DNA of 63,210 bases, counting the filler, from Corallochytrium limacisporum Hawaii (taxonomy: Eukaryota > Protista > Pluriformea): NCBI GenBank assembly GCA_002811645.1. It is 5 parts of 5 records of this genome, joined end to end, with 100 filler letters (N's around TTAATTAATTAA, not from the genome) between each part and the next. Parts side by side here need not be neighbours in the genome. Positions count along the whole stretch, not along the records: positions 39,844 to 52,061 come from PDIP01000118.1; positions 52,162 to 60,127 come from PDIP01000199.1; 3 more parts are not named here. The stretch is one strand, 5' to 3'. Under the pieces are notes generated by a model, which saw only the letters and a program-made list of their open reading frames with translations, was not told the origin of the DNA and made no database searches. Position 1 is the stretch's first letter. Each line of letters starts with the position of its first letter. Shown here piece by piece: positions 44,861-55,331 of the stretch. Position numbers and translations under genes: made by a program.

Positions 44861-46552
44861 TAATTATTACACGTCCGTATATTCCAAGCAGTCTCTTAGG
44901 AACACTTTAATGTCCAGCCTCTGTGAAGAAGGACGAGGAAAAAGCGTACTCAGCAGAGACACAAATGGCCGACACCCGCCGGAGACGCACAAGCACACAC
45001 GCTTTTCATTAATCTGCCTATTTCCATTCACAGTATGTGTAGCATCCTGGCTGTCTTCCTCTGTCCTCCAATCCAATTACCATGGCTTTCTGATCTATTT
45101 GGTCGCAGTGCCACGCAATATCGTGTCCCCGTGTGCTGGGAATGACTTGGGAGGTTTTCGTATGACCAGTTTATAGTAGTGGTGAAATGGCTGACCAACG
45201 TCCATTGTGATGCGTAAATACCTAGCGGGCAGTTTGATTGGAATTTACCGGCTCCCTGCCTTTTTAGCTGTCGAGCGAGCCCGTGCATGGGTTGTGAGGG
45301 GGCGTGTCTGTTGGGTGGCCTGACCGCCCATTTGTAGAGTTACAAAGACCCGAAATTACTGCTGAGTGTAATATTTATCGATGGGTGCGCACAGCCTGCT
45401 CAAAATGGCTAAACGTGCCAGTCTTGAATTCCTAGCCATCGCCCGCGCGGACCCCAAAGCACGTACAGGTTATAAGCTGGAGTTGATACGAGAAAGGTCC
45501 CGAACAACCCAAACCCAACTGCGGCCCCTCCTCTCCATACACCCGGCCGCACTTGTCCTTGACGCACAGCGCCGATATGATGATAACGAAATTACGCGCG
45601 GAGAAGGAAGGAACGAGGGGGAAGTGTTCTCTCCGTCCGCTTCTTCCGGCCTCACGAAAAAGTGTGCAGAATTGCGAGCTGGACATGCGTAGTAAACCTA
45701 TCGGAAGCAATCGGATGAAGAATAGGAAATTTTGTTCTCGTCTTGTCCCTTTCATCTGCGGCTTTACACGTCTGCGACGTAGTCCCCAGGCGACGGGCCC
45801 GGGGGGGGGGGTGAAGAGACGCAAGTGTCCCAGGGAAGGGGGAAGGGGGAAAATGTGTGAACACCCGCGGGTTGAGCGACATAGTGGCAGTCACTCGCAA
45901 TTCAACCGGGTAAAACCAGCAGTGGAGTACATAGGAGGAGGGGAGGAGGGGAGTGCGTGAGGAATGCCTTTGTAGGAGAGTACGGGATGTACGACGCGCG
46001 GACCTCAGTCCTGCCCGACGAGCAGATTCTATGCAGAGTGTCGTTAACACTCGACCACTCCCATGATGCAGGAGGTTCTGTGGACTATGAGAAATTTACC
46101 GAGTCTTGCATTCTATGTTGGTCCCCTTCTGTTAACTCTTTACTACTGTCAAGGCAGCGCCCGCCATGGGCGGACCCGCACCCAGAGGGGGAAGAGGAGC
46201 CTTTAAAGGCCGATGGGTCACTCAGCATGAATGGTGAAGTGTGTCACAGACACAAGAAGTTGGATCAGTTAAGCAGCATACCTTGAAATATTTGAGTCGA
46301 CGGGATGATCATATGATGGAGCAAAACGACTCCAATAGTCATTGACGACCATAAGGCAACGGCCGTATGACAGAAATTGAGACCCGTTGTGTAGGTACTT
46401 ACATCTCGTCGGATCTGGAAGCAGGAAAGCGATAACCTCCGCTACTTGAAAGAGGCACGGGTAGCCAAATATCTGCCCCATAATAACAGTGATTACAAGT
46501 GGGCAGGTCAAAAATGAAATAGGTACTAGAGCACCTGGACATCACTCCAAAC

Positions 46553-49500
46553 ATGTCGTTCTGTGGGCCGGAAGGATTCGGCCCTGTGGTCGACTACGGT
46601 TCTGGTGATACGCTCTCGTTTTGTTTTCAAGAGATTGTCATCGCGACACCATGGCCGTTGATCATGATCACAGCAACTGGCCTCCTGGCTGTGCGGTCTG
46701 CGCACAACCGCAAACTAATGGAGCCATTACGGTATCACAATGCCCGCTACATTCTAACTTATGTCTCAGGGCTTCTGTTCCTCGCGGAATTAGCTGCTTT
46801 CCAGGTCCTGTTTGCCGAGGAAGGCAATGAACAACGGGTCAGCAACCCAATATCACTTTCCTTGCGAATCATCTCTCTGGGTGCGTCACTGGCATATTAT
46901 CGCATGGCAGAGGTTTCAGGTAGAACAAAATTCCAGATTCCACTATTCATTTTCTGGGCCGGCATGCTTGGGGCGCAAATTGTCATTGTAGTCACACGAA
47001 TCGAAAGCTTTTCTGATGATCTGAAGACCATCTTTGCTTTTCAGCTGCTCAATGCTCTGGCGCTGTTGAGTTTGTTGTACGTGGAGTGTAAAGTACGCTA
47101 TCTTAAGGGTGAACGGCGGACAGCCATTGATGCCTTGGGACTGCAACATCATGTATCAGAATCGATTCAGCATGCCAGCACCAGATCGGGCAAGGAGATG
47201 CAGGCCGTTTCCAAGAATACTGATCGCAATTGGAGTGGGTCATCCTCCAGCGAAGAAGAAGATGGAGAGAAAAAGAGGAATATGAATGCTAAGGGATCGT
47301 ACGAAGATGAATTGCTGTATGTGCACCGGTACCAGTCCTTGTTCCAGAGGGTGACGTTCAACTGGATTTGGCCGATCCTGCAACTGGGTAACAAAAAGTT
47401 CCTCGAATTCGATGATCTTGGTACATTGCCACACAGTGATAAATCAGAGCATGTCAATGCACGCTTCCACCAGATCTGGGAGGCTGAACTGCACCGGAAA
47501 GATGGAAAGCCAGCGAATCTCCTTCGTGCTTGCTTCAAGTTCTCGCAATCCCATCTGGTACCATCCGCTGTGTGCAAATTCGGAGCTGACTTGCTCGGTT
47601 TTGTAGGTCCTCTGGCGGTGATGCAGATCATAGAGTATGCCGAACAAGTGCAGAACCCGCAGCTCAGCCCAGACCCAACGCCGTCCGCTGACATTGCATT
47701 CAGCACATTCCTGGAAAATGGATATGTCATGGCTGGCATTCTCTTTCTTAGTGTTTGCTTGCGTGGTTTGCTATTGCAATATAGCTTCCATCTGTCCATT
47801 CGCATTGGCATGCGCATTCGCAGTGCCCTGCAGACTGAGACCTTTAAGAAGAGTCTTAAGCTGCCATTGTACATCAAGGGCCGTGAGGTTAGCACGGGAC
47901 AGATTGTGAATCACATTTCCACGGACATGCTGAAGATCATAATGTTCTACATGCTTGTTAATACTCTGTGGGCTGCACCGATTCAGGTCCTGCTCACCAT
48001 TGGTTTCCTCGTGTCGCAGATTGGTGTGAGTGCTCTGCTGGGCTTTGCCGTGATTGTGGTTCTGGTGCCCATCGTAGGCCGCATCGCCAGAGCCATTGGA
48101 ATTCTACAGCGGCGCATCCTGGTCCACACAGACAAGCGCCTGAAGTTCACTAATGAACTGCTTCAGGGTATGAAAATTGTCAAGATGATGGGTTGGCAGG
48201 AGCCCATGGCTGAAAACATTGGAGAGGCGCGGAAGAAGGAACTTTGGGCCATGGTCAAGGCTTACACTGCTAACGGAATGAACACTGCAGCAATGATTAG
48301 TGTGCCCACATTGGTCACTCTTGTGGCCTTTGGCATGTATGAAGTCATCACTGGCGACCCTCTGACGCCAAGCCAGGCTTTCACGTCTCTATCTCTGTTC
48401 CAGTTATTGCAGCTGCCACTGATTATCTTTCCAATGAGTCTGCGAAACTTCTTCGAAGCACGTGTTTCAATTAGGCGTATTGAGAAATTCTTGCTTGTGG
48501 ATGACCTTCCTGAACTCTTGAACGCTGTTGATGACGATACCATCCTCAACGTGCCCAACGACGGATCCCCTGCTCCAGAGAAATCTGCCCGTAAACTGGC
48601 TCCGCAGTCCTCGATTGGTGAAGACTTTCGCGGCGTTGTTGGGCCAAACCAGGATGGCTCTTCGTTCGAAATCCAGAATGGCGTCTTTTACTGGGAAGAC
48701 CCAAACAAGCCGCCGGAGACGTCTTCCGATTCTAACTCGAATGGACGACAATCCCCTGCAAAGAGTACTGGAGATGGATCAAGCGCCATGGCTATCGCAG
48801 CTGATGAAACGGATAGTTCTACTCGTAGGGAGATTTTACCAGTACTGGAAGACATCACCATTTCTATTCCTCGTGGAAAGTTGACCGGTGTGGTTGGTCC
48901 CGTCGGCTGCGGCAAGTCCAGCATGCTCCAGGCAATGCTTGGAGAGATTCACGCATTCGATGGTCAGAAACGCCGTCGTATGTTTGGCAGCCTAAAGGTC
49001 AGCTATGTCCCTCAGAAGGCCTGGATCGTCAATCAGTCTGTGAAGGCCAATATACTGATGGGCCGCCCCATGGATCGGACGCGCTATGAAGAGGCAATTG
49101 ATCGCGCGTGTTTGGCACCTGATCTCAAGATTCTGCCCGCCGGGGATGAAACTGAAATCGGTGAGCGCGGTATCAACCTCAGTGGTGGTCAAAAGCAGCG
49201 TGTAGCCTTGGCTCGTGCCTTCTTTTCAAATGCCGATGTCTTGTTGTTGGACGATCCCTTGAGTGCCTTGGATGCACATGTCGGCAAGCGTTTATTCGAG
49301 GAAGGTATACTGAAGCTGCGTAATGAGGGACGCACTGTGGTACTGGTGACTCACCAACTGTGGTGCACACCGCAGTGTGACCACTTGATTGCTCTGGAAC
49401 AGAAAAGGGTCAAAGCCCAAGGTGCCTATCCTGATGTACGTCACCACGTAGATTTTGATGCCATTGCCGCCAGCAGAAAAGCTCAGGAAGAGATGGAAGA

Positions 49501-51667
49501 TTTTGAGCAGCAAGACACTTTGGAGGTAGTGGAAGAGGATTGGGAGAATGGCAGTAATGTTGACGACGATGATCGCCTGGAAGAAATCAATCCCGAACAG
49601 TTGACTGCTGTGGACGCTGTGTCCATTGCCAGTCACGGTAGCACATCCCAGCTGGCTGCTGATCGTCCAACTTCGACCCGTTCTATACATTCCATGCGAG
49701 AAGCCATGAACTCAACCCGCAGCGGAGCGTCCATGCGCCAGCGATCGGTGCGGAGCGGTGCTGACTCATTGAATCCCACTGAAAAGGAAGAATTGGATAA
49801 GAGTGGCAAACTCATGACTGTGGAGAACCGTGAGACAGGGTCTGTAGCATGGTCAACGTACAAAGCGTACGCGAAGGCCATGGGGTATGTCCTCTTCACT
49901 GTGTTCATGATTATCTTTGTTCTCAGCCGTGCGCTCCAGATTGGTCGTGATTTCTTGCTAGCAGAATGGTCGACCGACGTATCCAGCGACGATCCGGACC
50001 ACTCGACCGAGTACTGGCTTAGTCGGTACTCTCTTATTTCCTTCGCTGCAGTGCTGATGATCTTCCTGACTTTTGTGGTGACCGCAATTGCCGGGCGGAT
50101 TGCCGCTCGGGCCCTGCACCGACAGCTACTGACCTCTATTGCTAATGCACCTATGCGCTTCTTTGATACTACGCCAATTGGACGTATTTTGAACCGCTTC
50201 TCATCGGACACAAACTTAATTGACCAGCGCCTGATCGATACAATTCTGGTCCTGACAAATCAGCTGCTGGTCCTGGCGTCCTCAGTCGTGGTCAATACCA
50301 TTGTTCAACCGTTCTTTATGATCGCCTTTGTGCCTCTGTCGGTGATCTACTACTACATCCAGCGCTTTTTCCGGAGGACCCTGCGTGAGCTGCAGCGCAT
50401 AGAAGCGGTGACAAGATCTCCCATTTATGCAAGTGTGAGTGAAATGCTTGAAGGTCTGCCTGTGATCCGGGCTTCGACCGAAGAGAAACTATTGCTGAAG
50501 GAATGGTATGAGAAAGTGGACGCCAATGCACTGGCATTCCTGTTCATGAACACAGCCAATCGCTGGCTCGGTGTTCGACTAGATCTCCTCGGTGGTGCTA
50601 TTATTGCTTCATCTGCGTTCTCCTTGGTTGCAGTGGCGGACTCCGTCGAGCCGGCTGAGATTGGCCTGGCCCTCTCCTACAGTCTGCAGATAACCAACGT
50701 GTTGAGCATGTTGGTGCGCCAGATTGCCGATCTAGAGATGCAAATGAACGCCGTAGAACGGGTTGTGGAATACGTTGATGTTGAGCAAGAACCACGCGAT
50801 GGAAAGGACCCTGGCAAGGGATGGCCGAACAAGGGCGCTATTGAATTCAAAGAAGTATCATGTCGCTACCGGCCTGGACTCGAGCCAGCAGTACAAAACC
50901 TCACGGTCAGCATCAAGCCAGGTGAAAAGGTGGGTATCTGTGGTCGCACTGGATCTGGCAAGTCCACCATCACTTTGGCAATGTATCGAATGCTTGACAT
51001 CGTGGAAGGTGGTATCGTGGTTGACGGCGAGAACATATCCGACGTTAACTTGACCAAGCTGCGGCAGAGTGTAGCCATTATTCCCCAAGATCCAGTGCTG
51101 TTCTTGGGCTCTGTGCGATACAATTTAGATCCGTTCGATCGTTACACTGACGATGACATTTGGCATGCTCTGCATCTGAGCCAAATGGACAGTGCAATCC
51201 GCGACATGGGCAATGGTTTGGAGAGCGAAGTTGCCGAAGATGGTGACAATTTCAGTCACGGCCAACGCCAGTTGCTGTGCTTGGCACGGGCGATTCTGCT
51301 GAAGTGTCACATTCTCATTATGGATGAGGCAACCGCTAGTGTCGACATGGAGACAGATCACATCATTCAGGAGGTTGTGCGGGAGCAATTCACCGACTGC
51401 ACAATACTCACAATTGCACATCGCATTGACACTATCATGGACTACGATAAGATTCTGGTTATGGACTCCGGTCGCTTGGTCGAGTTCGACTCTCCTGACG
51501 TGCTTCTGCAGCGCAGGGGTTCCATCTTCCGTAGCCTAACAGAGTCTGCCACTCATGGCAGTAGCTCTAGTCTCCCCAAGGTGAATGTGCTTCGGGCCAC
51601 GGGCGATCAGAACATCATGAATGATGTGGAAAGCGCCACTAAGTTGTCTGAGAAGAAGAACGATTAG
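46553..51667 (+). CDS. ABCC transporter, sulfonylurea-receptor (ABCC8/9)-like
   Basis: TMD0-TMD1-NBD1-TMD2-NBD2 layout; GPVGCGKS, LSGGQ, degenerate LLDD, GRTGSGKS, FSHGQ, MDEA. SUR-like segments SFCG, HNARYILT, ADLLGFVGPL, FLENGYVMA. Confidence 0.93.
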   Translation: MSFCGPEGFGPVVDYGSGDTLSFCFQEIVIATPWPLIMITATGLLAVRSAHNRKLMEPLRYHNARYILTYVSGLLFLAELAAFQVLFAEEGNEQRVSNPISLSLRIISLGASLAYYRMAEVSGRTKFQIPLFIFWAGMLGAQIVIVVTRIESFSDDLKTIFAFQLLNALALLSLLYVECKVRYLKGERRTAIDALGLQHHVSESIQHASTRSGKEMQAVSKNTDRNWSGSSSSEEEDGEKKRNMNAKGSYEDELLYVHRYQSLFQRVTFNWIWPILQLGNKKFLEFDDLGTLPHSDKSEHVNARFHQIWEAELHRKDGKPANLLRACFKFSQSHLVPSAVCKFGADLLGFVGPLAVMQIIEYAEQVQNPQLSPDPTPSADIAFSTFLENGYVMAGILFLSVCLRGLLLQYSFHLSIRIGMRIRSALQTETFKKSLKLPLYIKGREVSTGQIVNHISTDMLKIIMFYMLVNTLWAAPIQVLLTIGFLVSQIGVSALLGFAVIVVLVPIVGRIARAIGILQRRILVHTDKRLKFTNELLQGMKIVKMMGWQEPMAENIGEARKKELWAMVKAYTANGMNTAAMISVPTLVTLVAFGMYEVITGDPLTPSQAFTSLSLFQLLQLPLIIFPMSLRNFFEARVSIRRIEKFLLVDDLPELLNAVDDDTILNVPNDGSPAPEKSARKLAPQSSIGEDFRGVVGPNQDGSSFEIQNGVFYWEDPNKPPETSSDSNSNGRQSPAKSTGDGSSAMAIAADETDSSTRREILPVLEDITISIPRGKLTGVVGPVGCGKSSMLQAMLGEIHAFDGQKRRRMFGSLKVSYVPQKAWIVNQSVKANILMGRPMDRTRYEEAIDRACLAPDLKILPAGDETEIGERGINLSGGQKQRVALARAFFSNADVLLLDDPLSALDAHVGKRLFEEGILKLRNEGRTVVLVTHQLWCTPQCDHLIALEQKRVKAQGAYPDVRHHVDFDAIAASRKAQEEMEDFEQQDTLEVVEEDWENGSNVDDDDRLEEINPEQLTAVDAVSIASHGSTSQLAADRPTSTRSIHSMREAMNSTRSGASMRQRSVRSGADSLNPTEKEELDKSGKLMTVENRETGSVAWSTYKAYAKAMGYVLFTVFMIIFVLSRALQIGRDFLLAEWSTDVSSDDPDHSTEYWLSRYSLISFAAVLMIFLTFVVTAIAGRIAARALHRQLLTSIANAPMRFFDTTPIGRILNRFSSDTNLIDQRLIDTILVLTNQLLVLASSVVVNTIVQPFFMIAFVPLSVIYYYIQRFFRRTLRELQRIEAVTRSPIYASVSEMLEGLPVIRASTEEKLLLKEWYEKVDANALAFLFMNTANRWLGVRLDLLGGAIIASSAFSLVAVADSVEPAEIGLALSYSLQITNVLSMLVRQIADLEMQMNAVERVVEYVDVEQEPRDGKDPGKGWPNKGAIEFKEVSCRYRPGLEPAVQNLTVSIKPGEKVGICGRTGSGKSTITLAMYRMLDIVEGGIVVDGENISDVNLTKLRQSVAIIPQDPVLFLGSVRYNLDPFDRYTDDDIWHALHLSQMDSAIRDMGNGLESEVAEDGDNFSHGQRQLLCLARAILLKCHILIMDEATASVDMETDHIIQEVVREQFTDCTILTIAHRIDTIMDYDKILVMDSGRLVEFDSPDVLLQRRGSIFRSLTESATHGSSSSLPKVNVLRATGDQNIMNDVESATKLSEKKND

Positions 51668-52061
51668 TTAAAGAGTACAGATCTTCGAATAGACACACAA
51701 TACGTGTGTACCGGCTAGAGCTATGGTACCAACCTCTGTTCAATAAAAAAGTGCATAATTTACATTATGGTTTGAAAGCTTCGTTTGAATCTTATAAAAT
51801 CGGCTTCTTTTGAGTATACCGTTTTCCCGCCCATTCCGGCACCCTCTCAGCCAATTTCAGAGTCTCTTGCAAACTTGGTACTTGGGAAATTATGAATTTA
51901 CCATCACGATCGCTTGATCTTCGAGGGTGAGATCTATGTTAGCGATGCTTAATTTTAGTCATGGAGGTGGTTTTAGTAGGTAGATGAGGGATGAATTTAG
52001 TTCTCCGACCGGGTGCGAGACAAAACGGGACCATGATGCACCCTGTACATCATCTCCAAGA

Positions 52062-52161
52062 NNNNNNNNNNNNNNNNNNNNNNNNNNNNNNNNNNNNNNN
52101 NNNNNTTAATTAATTAANNNNNNNNNNNNNNNNNNNNNNNNNNNNNNNNNNNNNNNNNNNN
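52062..52161. other. Artificial contig spacer
   Basis: 44 N + TTAATTAATTAA + 44 N. Confidence 0.98.
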
Positions 52162-52240
52162 TTTTACCAGTTATCCTTCCACTTTCGTTAAAGTTTAAAC
52201 GCCCCGGATCCTGGGGGGTTGTTTCTCGATCGCCACTCCG
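52162..52240 (+). repeat. 79-bp direct repeat, copy 1 (contig start)
   Basis: Identical to 59917-59995. Confidence 0.95.
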
Positions 52241-52990
52241 GGGGGGGGGGGGAGGAGGAGGGAAGGATTCTTAGCGCGGTGGTATGGAGCTGGGGGAAGG
52301 AGGCCGTTTATTTCAGACGGTGCCATGTTGCTCGCTACGAGAGCGCTTGCAGAGTGAAGGCGGTGGAGGGCGGGCGCTTTGAAGTTCTTACTTATGGTGT
52401 GTCGAGGCGTTGTGACATCTGGCTGTGCCGACGTTGTCTCATCTCCACCACTATCGATTTCGACGTCAACCCCTTTCCAGTGCATTCTCCTTTTTGGTGG
52501 GTGTTCATTTGATTATCAATTCTGTTGCATTTGCGAACCTGCCAGCGGCTGAGTGGGTATCTGCCGGGGGAGTGTGGTGACGGCGGAGGTGGGATAGGGG
52601 ATGGGTCTCATGGATTTGAAAGCCACCACACGGTCCCTGAACTGGTGATCACGAGCAGTGCCTTTTGAGGGCACACCTCTTATCTCAGAAATGGGTTACG
52701 GTCGCATTGCTGTTTGATTGAATTCCGACCAATGGAGGAGTCTATGGACGATTCCGATCGGAGGATCAAGGCCGGGTATTTCGGACGGCAATGAGTAGAC
52801 TATGTGAAATCTGTAGGTTTCCGTGTGAAAAATATGGCTCCAAGGCTTCACGAAGCCAACAAGTGAAGGGGAGCAAATTTGGGAATCAACAGAACGATAG
52901 GTTTTTACAGAACACTTCACCAACTATGACATTTGCAATACAGAGGTGCACTGTGACAGATGCTAGCTGTCAATAAACGACCTCCCGTGA

Positions 52991-55207
52991 ATGATAAGAC
53001 AGAAAACCAGCACTGGTGGTAATATGACTCAACGGCTGACTCTGAAGGTTATGAGCCAGACCCAACGGACTATTCCATTGGGCTGGATAGTGAAGCGTGG
53101 CTGGGTCCTGTTGCTGGCTCTGCTTGCAACATTGTACATTTTGAGCCATGATACGAGCACCAGAGTCGACGGTCCGCGGAAGGAAGCTCCCTTGTCTAGT
53201 GACAAGGAAAAGGGGTACATTGCTGCTGTCTGTGTGCACAGTGCATGGGGTAATCAGCTGAGACGCAACGTGTTCCGTAGCCTCTGGTTGAGCACCGAGT
53301 CCAATGCCGCGGGCAAAATAGTCTATGCGTTCGTTGTCGGACTCGACAATACAATGACGCGACAAGAGATCCAGGCCTTAGACAACGAGCGTCACCATTT
53401 CGGGGACATTATGATTGCCGACCGGGTTGAAGAAAACTACAGTACTCTAGCTCGAAAGACAAAATATTGCGTGGACTACTTCGTGCGGGAAGGCTTTGAC
53501 TTTGAGTTTTTTGTCAAGACTGACGACGACACCATTGTGTTCATGGACCGTTTGAAGAAGCTCATGCGCGATAAGCTTAGGCTTATCCCGCGGGTCTTTT
53601 TCGGCTACCCACACGAATCCGTTCCGGTAAGCAATCCGAACAAAGTAAAGGACCGCCGCCTTGACACAGACAAATATTTTGAGTGGCGATATCAAGGTGA
53701 TGAGTGGCCACTTTGGATGCAGGGCGGATTGTATGGCTTCAGTTATGAGCTTGCGAAGGAAGTGACGGAGCTGGAAGATCCGGCATTGTACATTTCGGAG
53801 GACATAAGCGCATCGCTGTGGATGTACAAGCTCGATGCAAACTTTTGGTCTTTCTCGGGCGATCGTGTCTTATATATGGACCGTGGTGAGTTTGTGGTTG
53901 GCAACTCAAAGAATCTGTTGACGGTGTTCCAGTCCGATCCGGTGCATATGGAAGCACTGGCCGAAGGCACGGAGATGGAGGCACAGAAGATCGACGCGGA
54001 CCTTGCCGATGTAGATCACGACCTGGAACAACCCCGGGCAGTCGATGCACCGAACATTGAATATTTCCAGTCAATCTCCTTTCTGCGTACTGGTGTCATC
54101 GAACCCAAGGAAACATTTAAGAATTGGCCGAGAGGTCTCATGCTCGATGTCAACCAGCGGCTCCAAGACGCAGCGGCCGTCGATATAAGTGACATTGGTC
54201 GGAACTTCATCCCCGGGGGAGACAATGTCGAGACGCAGGTCTATCTCGACCGCCTGTGGGAGGCGCATGCACATATCAACTGGGACGGACAGTGGGAGTG
54301 GTGGAGGAACATGGAAGGGTCGCATCGTTTTCAGCCTGGGTCAGCCCTGTTGAGTCAGGCCTCTCTGGATATGTACCCGTTACATCTGCTACAGAACCTA
54401 AAGTGGCTGGCGCTTGATGATTTCCACCTTCAAACGTCCAAGGCCAAGTCTCTGCGCCCAACCTTCTATGTCGTCTCACCGACGACGACACGGGAAGATC
54501 TTGAAACATGGGCGCCCTCTGCCATGCGCAAGGCACTGTTCTCGTTCTTGCCCTGCTACGCATCGGATGATTCCATCACGCCAGTGTACGAGTACATCCA
54601 GCGCCGCAGTAACGTGTTCTGGATGTGTAAGCCCGACGAGAACAATCGTGCTATTCAGTCGCTCTTTGATGTGTACGCCCAGGAGGACATGCGAATCTTC
54701 AGCATGCACCTCATGAAATGGGCCGGTTTCAACCAGATTTTCATTTGGGGTCGTGTCGCATCCATGCAAGCAGATGACTTCGCAAATATGATGAAGCACA
54801 TGAAGAGGCAGGGTACGCGCGTCAGTCAGATTGTCATGCGGAAACGCAGCTTCCACATGCCTCGTGTTCTGTTGAAACAAATCCAACTGGTCGAAAACAT
54901 CCACCTGCTGATGCGAAGCTTACCGCTGTCGCTCTGGCAGCTACTGATACCAAAGGACTCGCCGACGCTGGCGACCCCTCTGGACTTCTTCAGCGAAGTG
55001 CCCAATGTGAACTATGCAGGGGACTGGAGCGAGGAGGCCAAGGCGCAGTTGGCGGACCAGGTGACGTCTATCTCACACTACCGCGAGTGGATGAACACGC
55101 ACACTCCGTACGGACCTGTCGCAGGATACTACTTGTGGGTCAGCCGAGCGTTTGAGAGCATCTCGCAGAAGGCGCTTAATCCTACACGATTGCTGGACGA
55201 TCTATAG
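52991..55207 (+). CDS. GT31 beta-1,3-glycosyltransferase with an extra C-terminal domain
   Basis: Type II TM, RRNVFRSLW, ENYSTLARKT, FFVKTDDD, MQGGLYGFS, EDISASLW; about 400 further aa follow the GT31 core. Confidence 0.88.
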   Translation: MIRQKTSTGGNMTQRLTLKVMSQTQRTIPLGWIVKRGWVLLLALLATLYILSHDTSTRVDGPRKEAPLSSDKEKGYIAAVCVHSAWGNQLRRNVFRSLWLSTESNAAGKIVYAFVVGLDNTMTRQEIQALDNERHHFGDIMIADRVEENYSTLARKTKYCVDYFVREGFDFEFFVKTDDDTIVFMDRLKKLMRDKLRLIPRVFFGYPHESVPVSNPNKVKDRRLDTDKYFEWRYQGDEWPLWMQGGLYGFSYELAKEVTELEDPALYISEDISASLWMYKLDANFWSFSGDRVLYMDRGEFVVGNSKNLLTVFQSDPVHMEALAEGTEMEAQKIDADLADVDHDLEQPRAVDAPNIEYFQSISFLRTGVIEPKETFKNWPRGLMLDVNQRLQDAAAVDISDIGRNFIPGGDNVETQVYLDRLWEAHAHINWDGQWEWWRNMEGSHRFQPGSALLSQASLDMYPLHLLQNLKWLALDDFHLQTSKAKSLRPTFYVVSPTTTREDLETWAPSAMRKALFSFLPCYASDDSITPVYEYIQRRSNVFWMCKPDENNRAIQSLFDVYAQEDMRIFSMHLMKWAGFNQIFIWGRVASMQADDFANMMKHMKRQGTRVSQIVMRKRSFHMPRVLLKQIQLVENIHLLMRSLPLSLWQLLIPKDSPTLATPLDFFSEVPNVNYAGDWSEEAKAQLADQVTSISHYREWMNTHTPYGPVAGYYLWVSRAFESISQKALNPTRLLDDL

Positions 55208-55331
55208 AATGGCCAATCCTTGTATCTTATATTTTCTTGTATCAATGTCATCATCATCACGAGTCCAATGTCATGCATCAAAACAACACTTCTGAAACAC
55301 AATACAAATTTAGTCCGTATCTATTCCCCGT

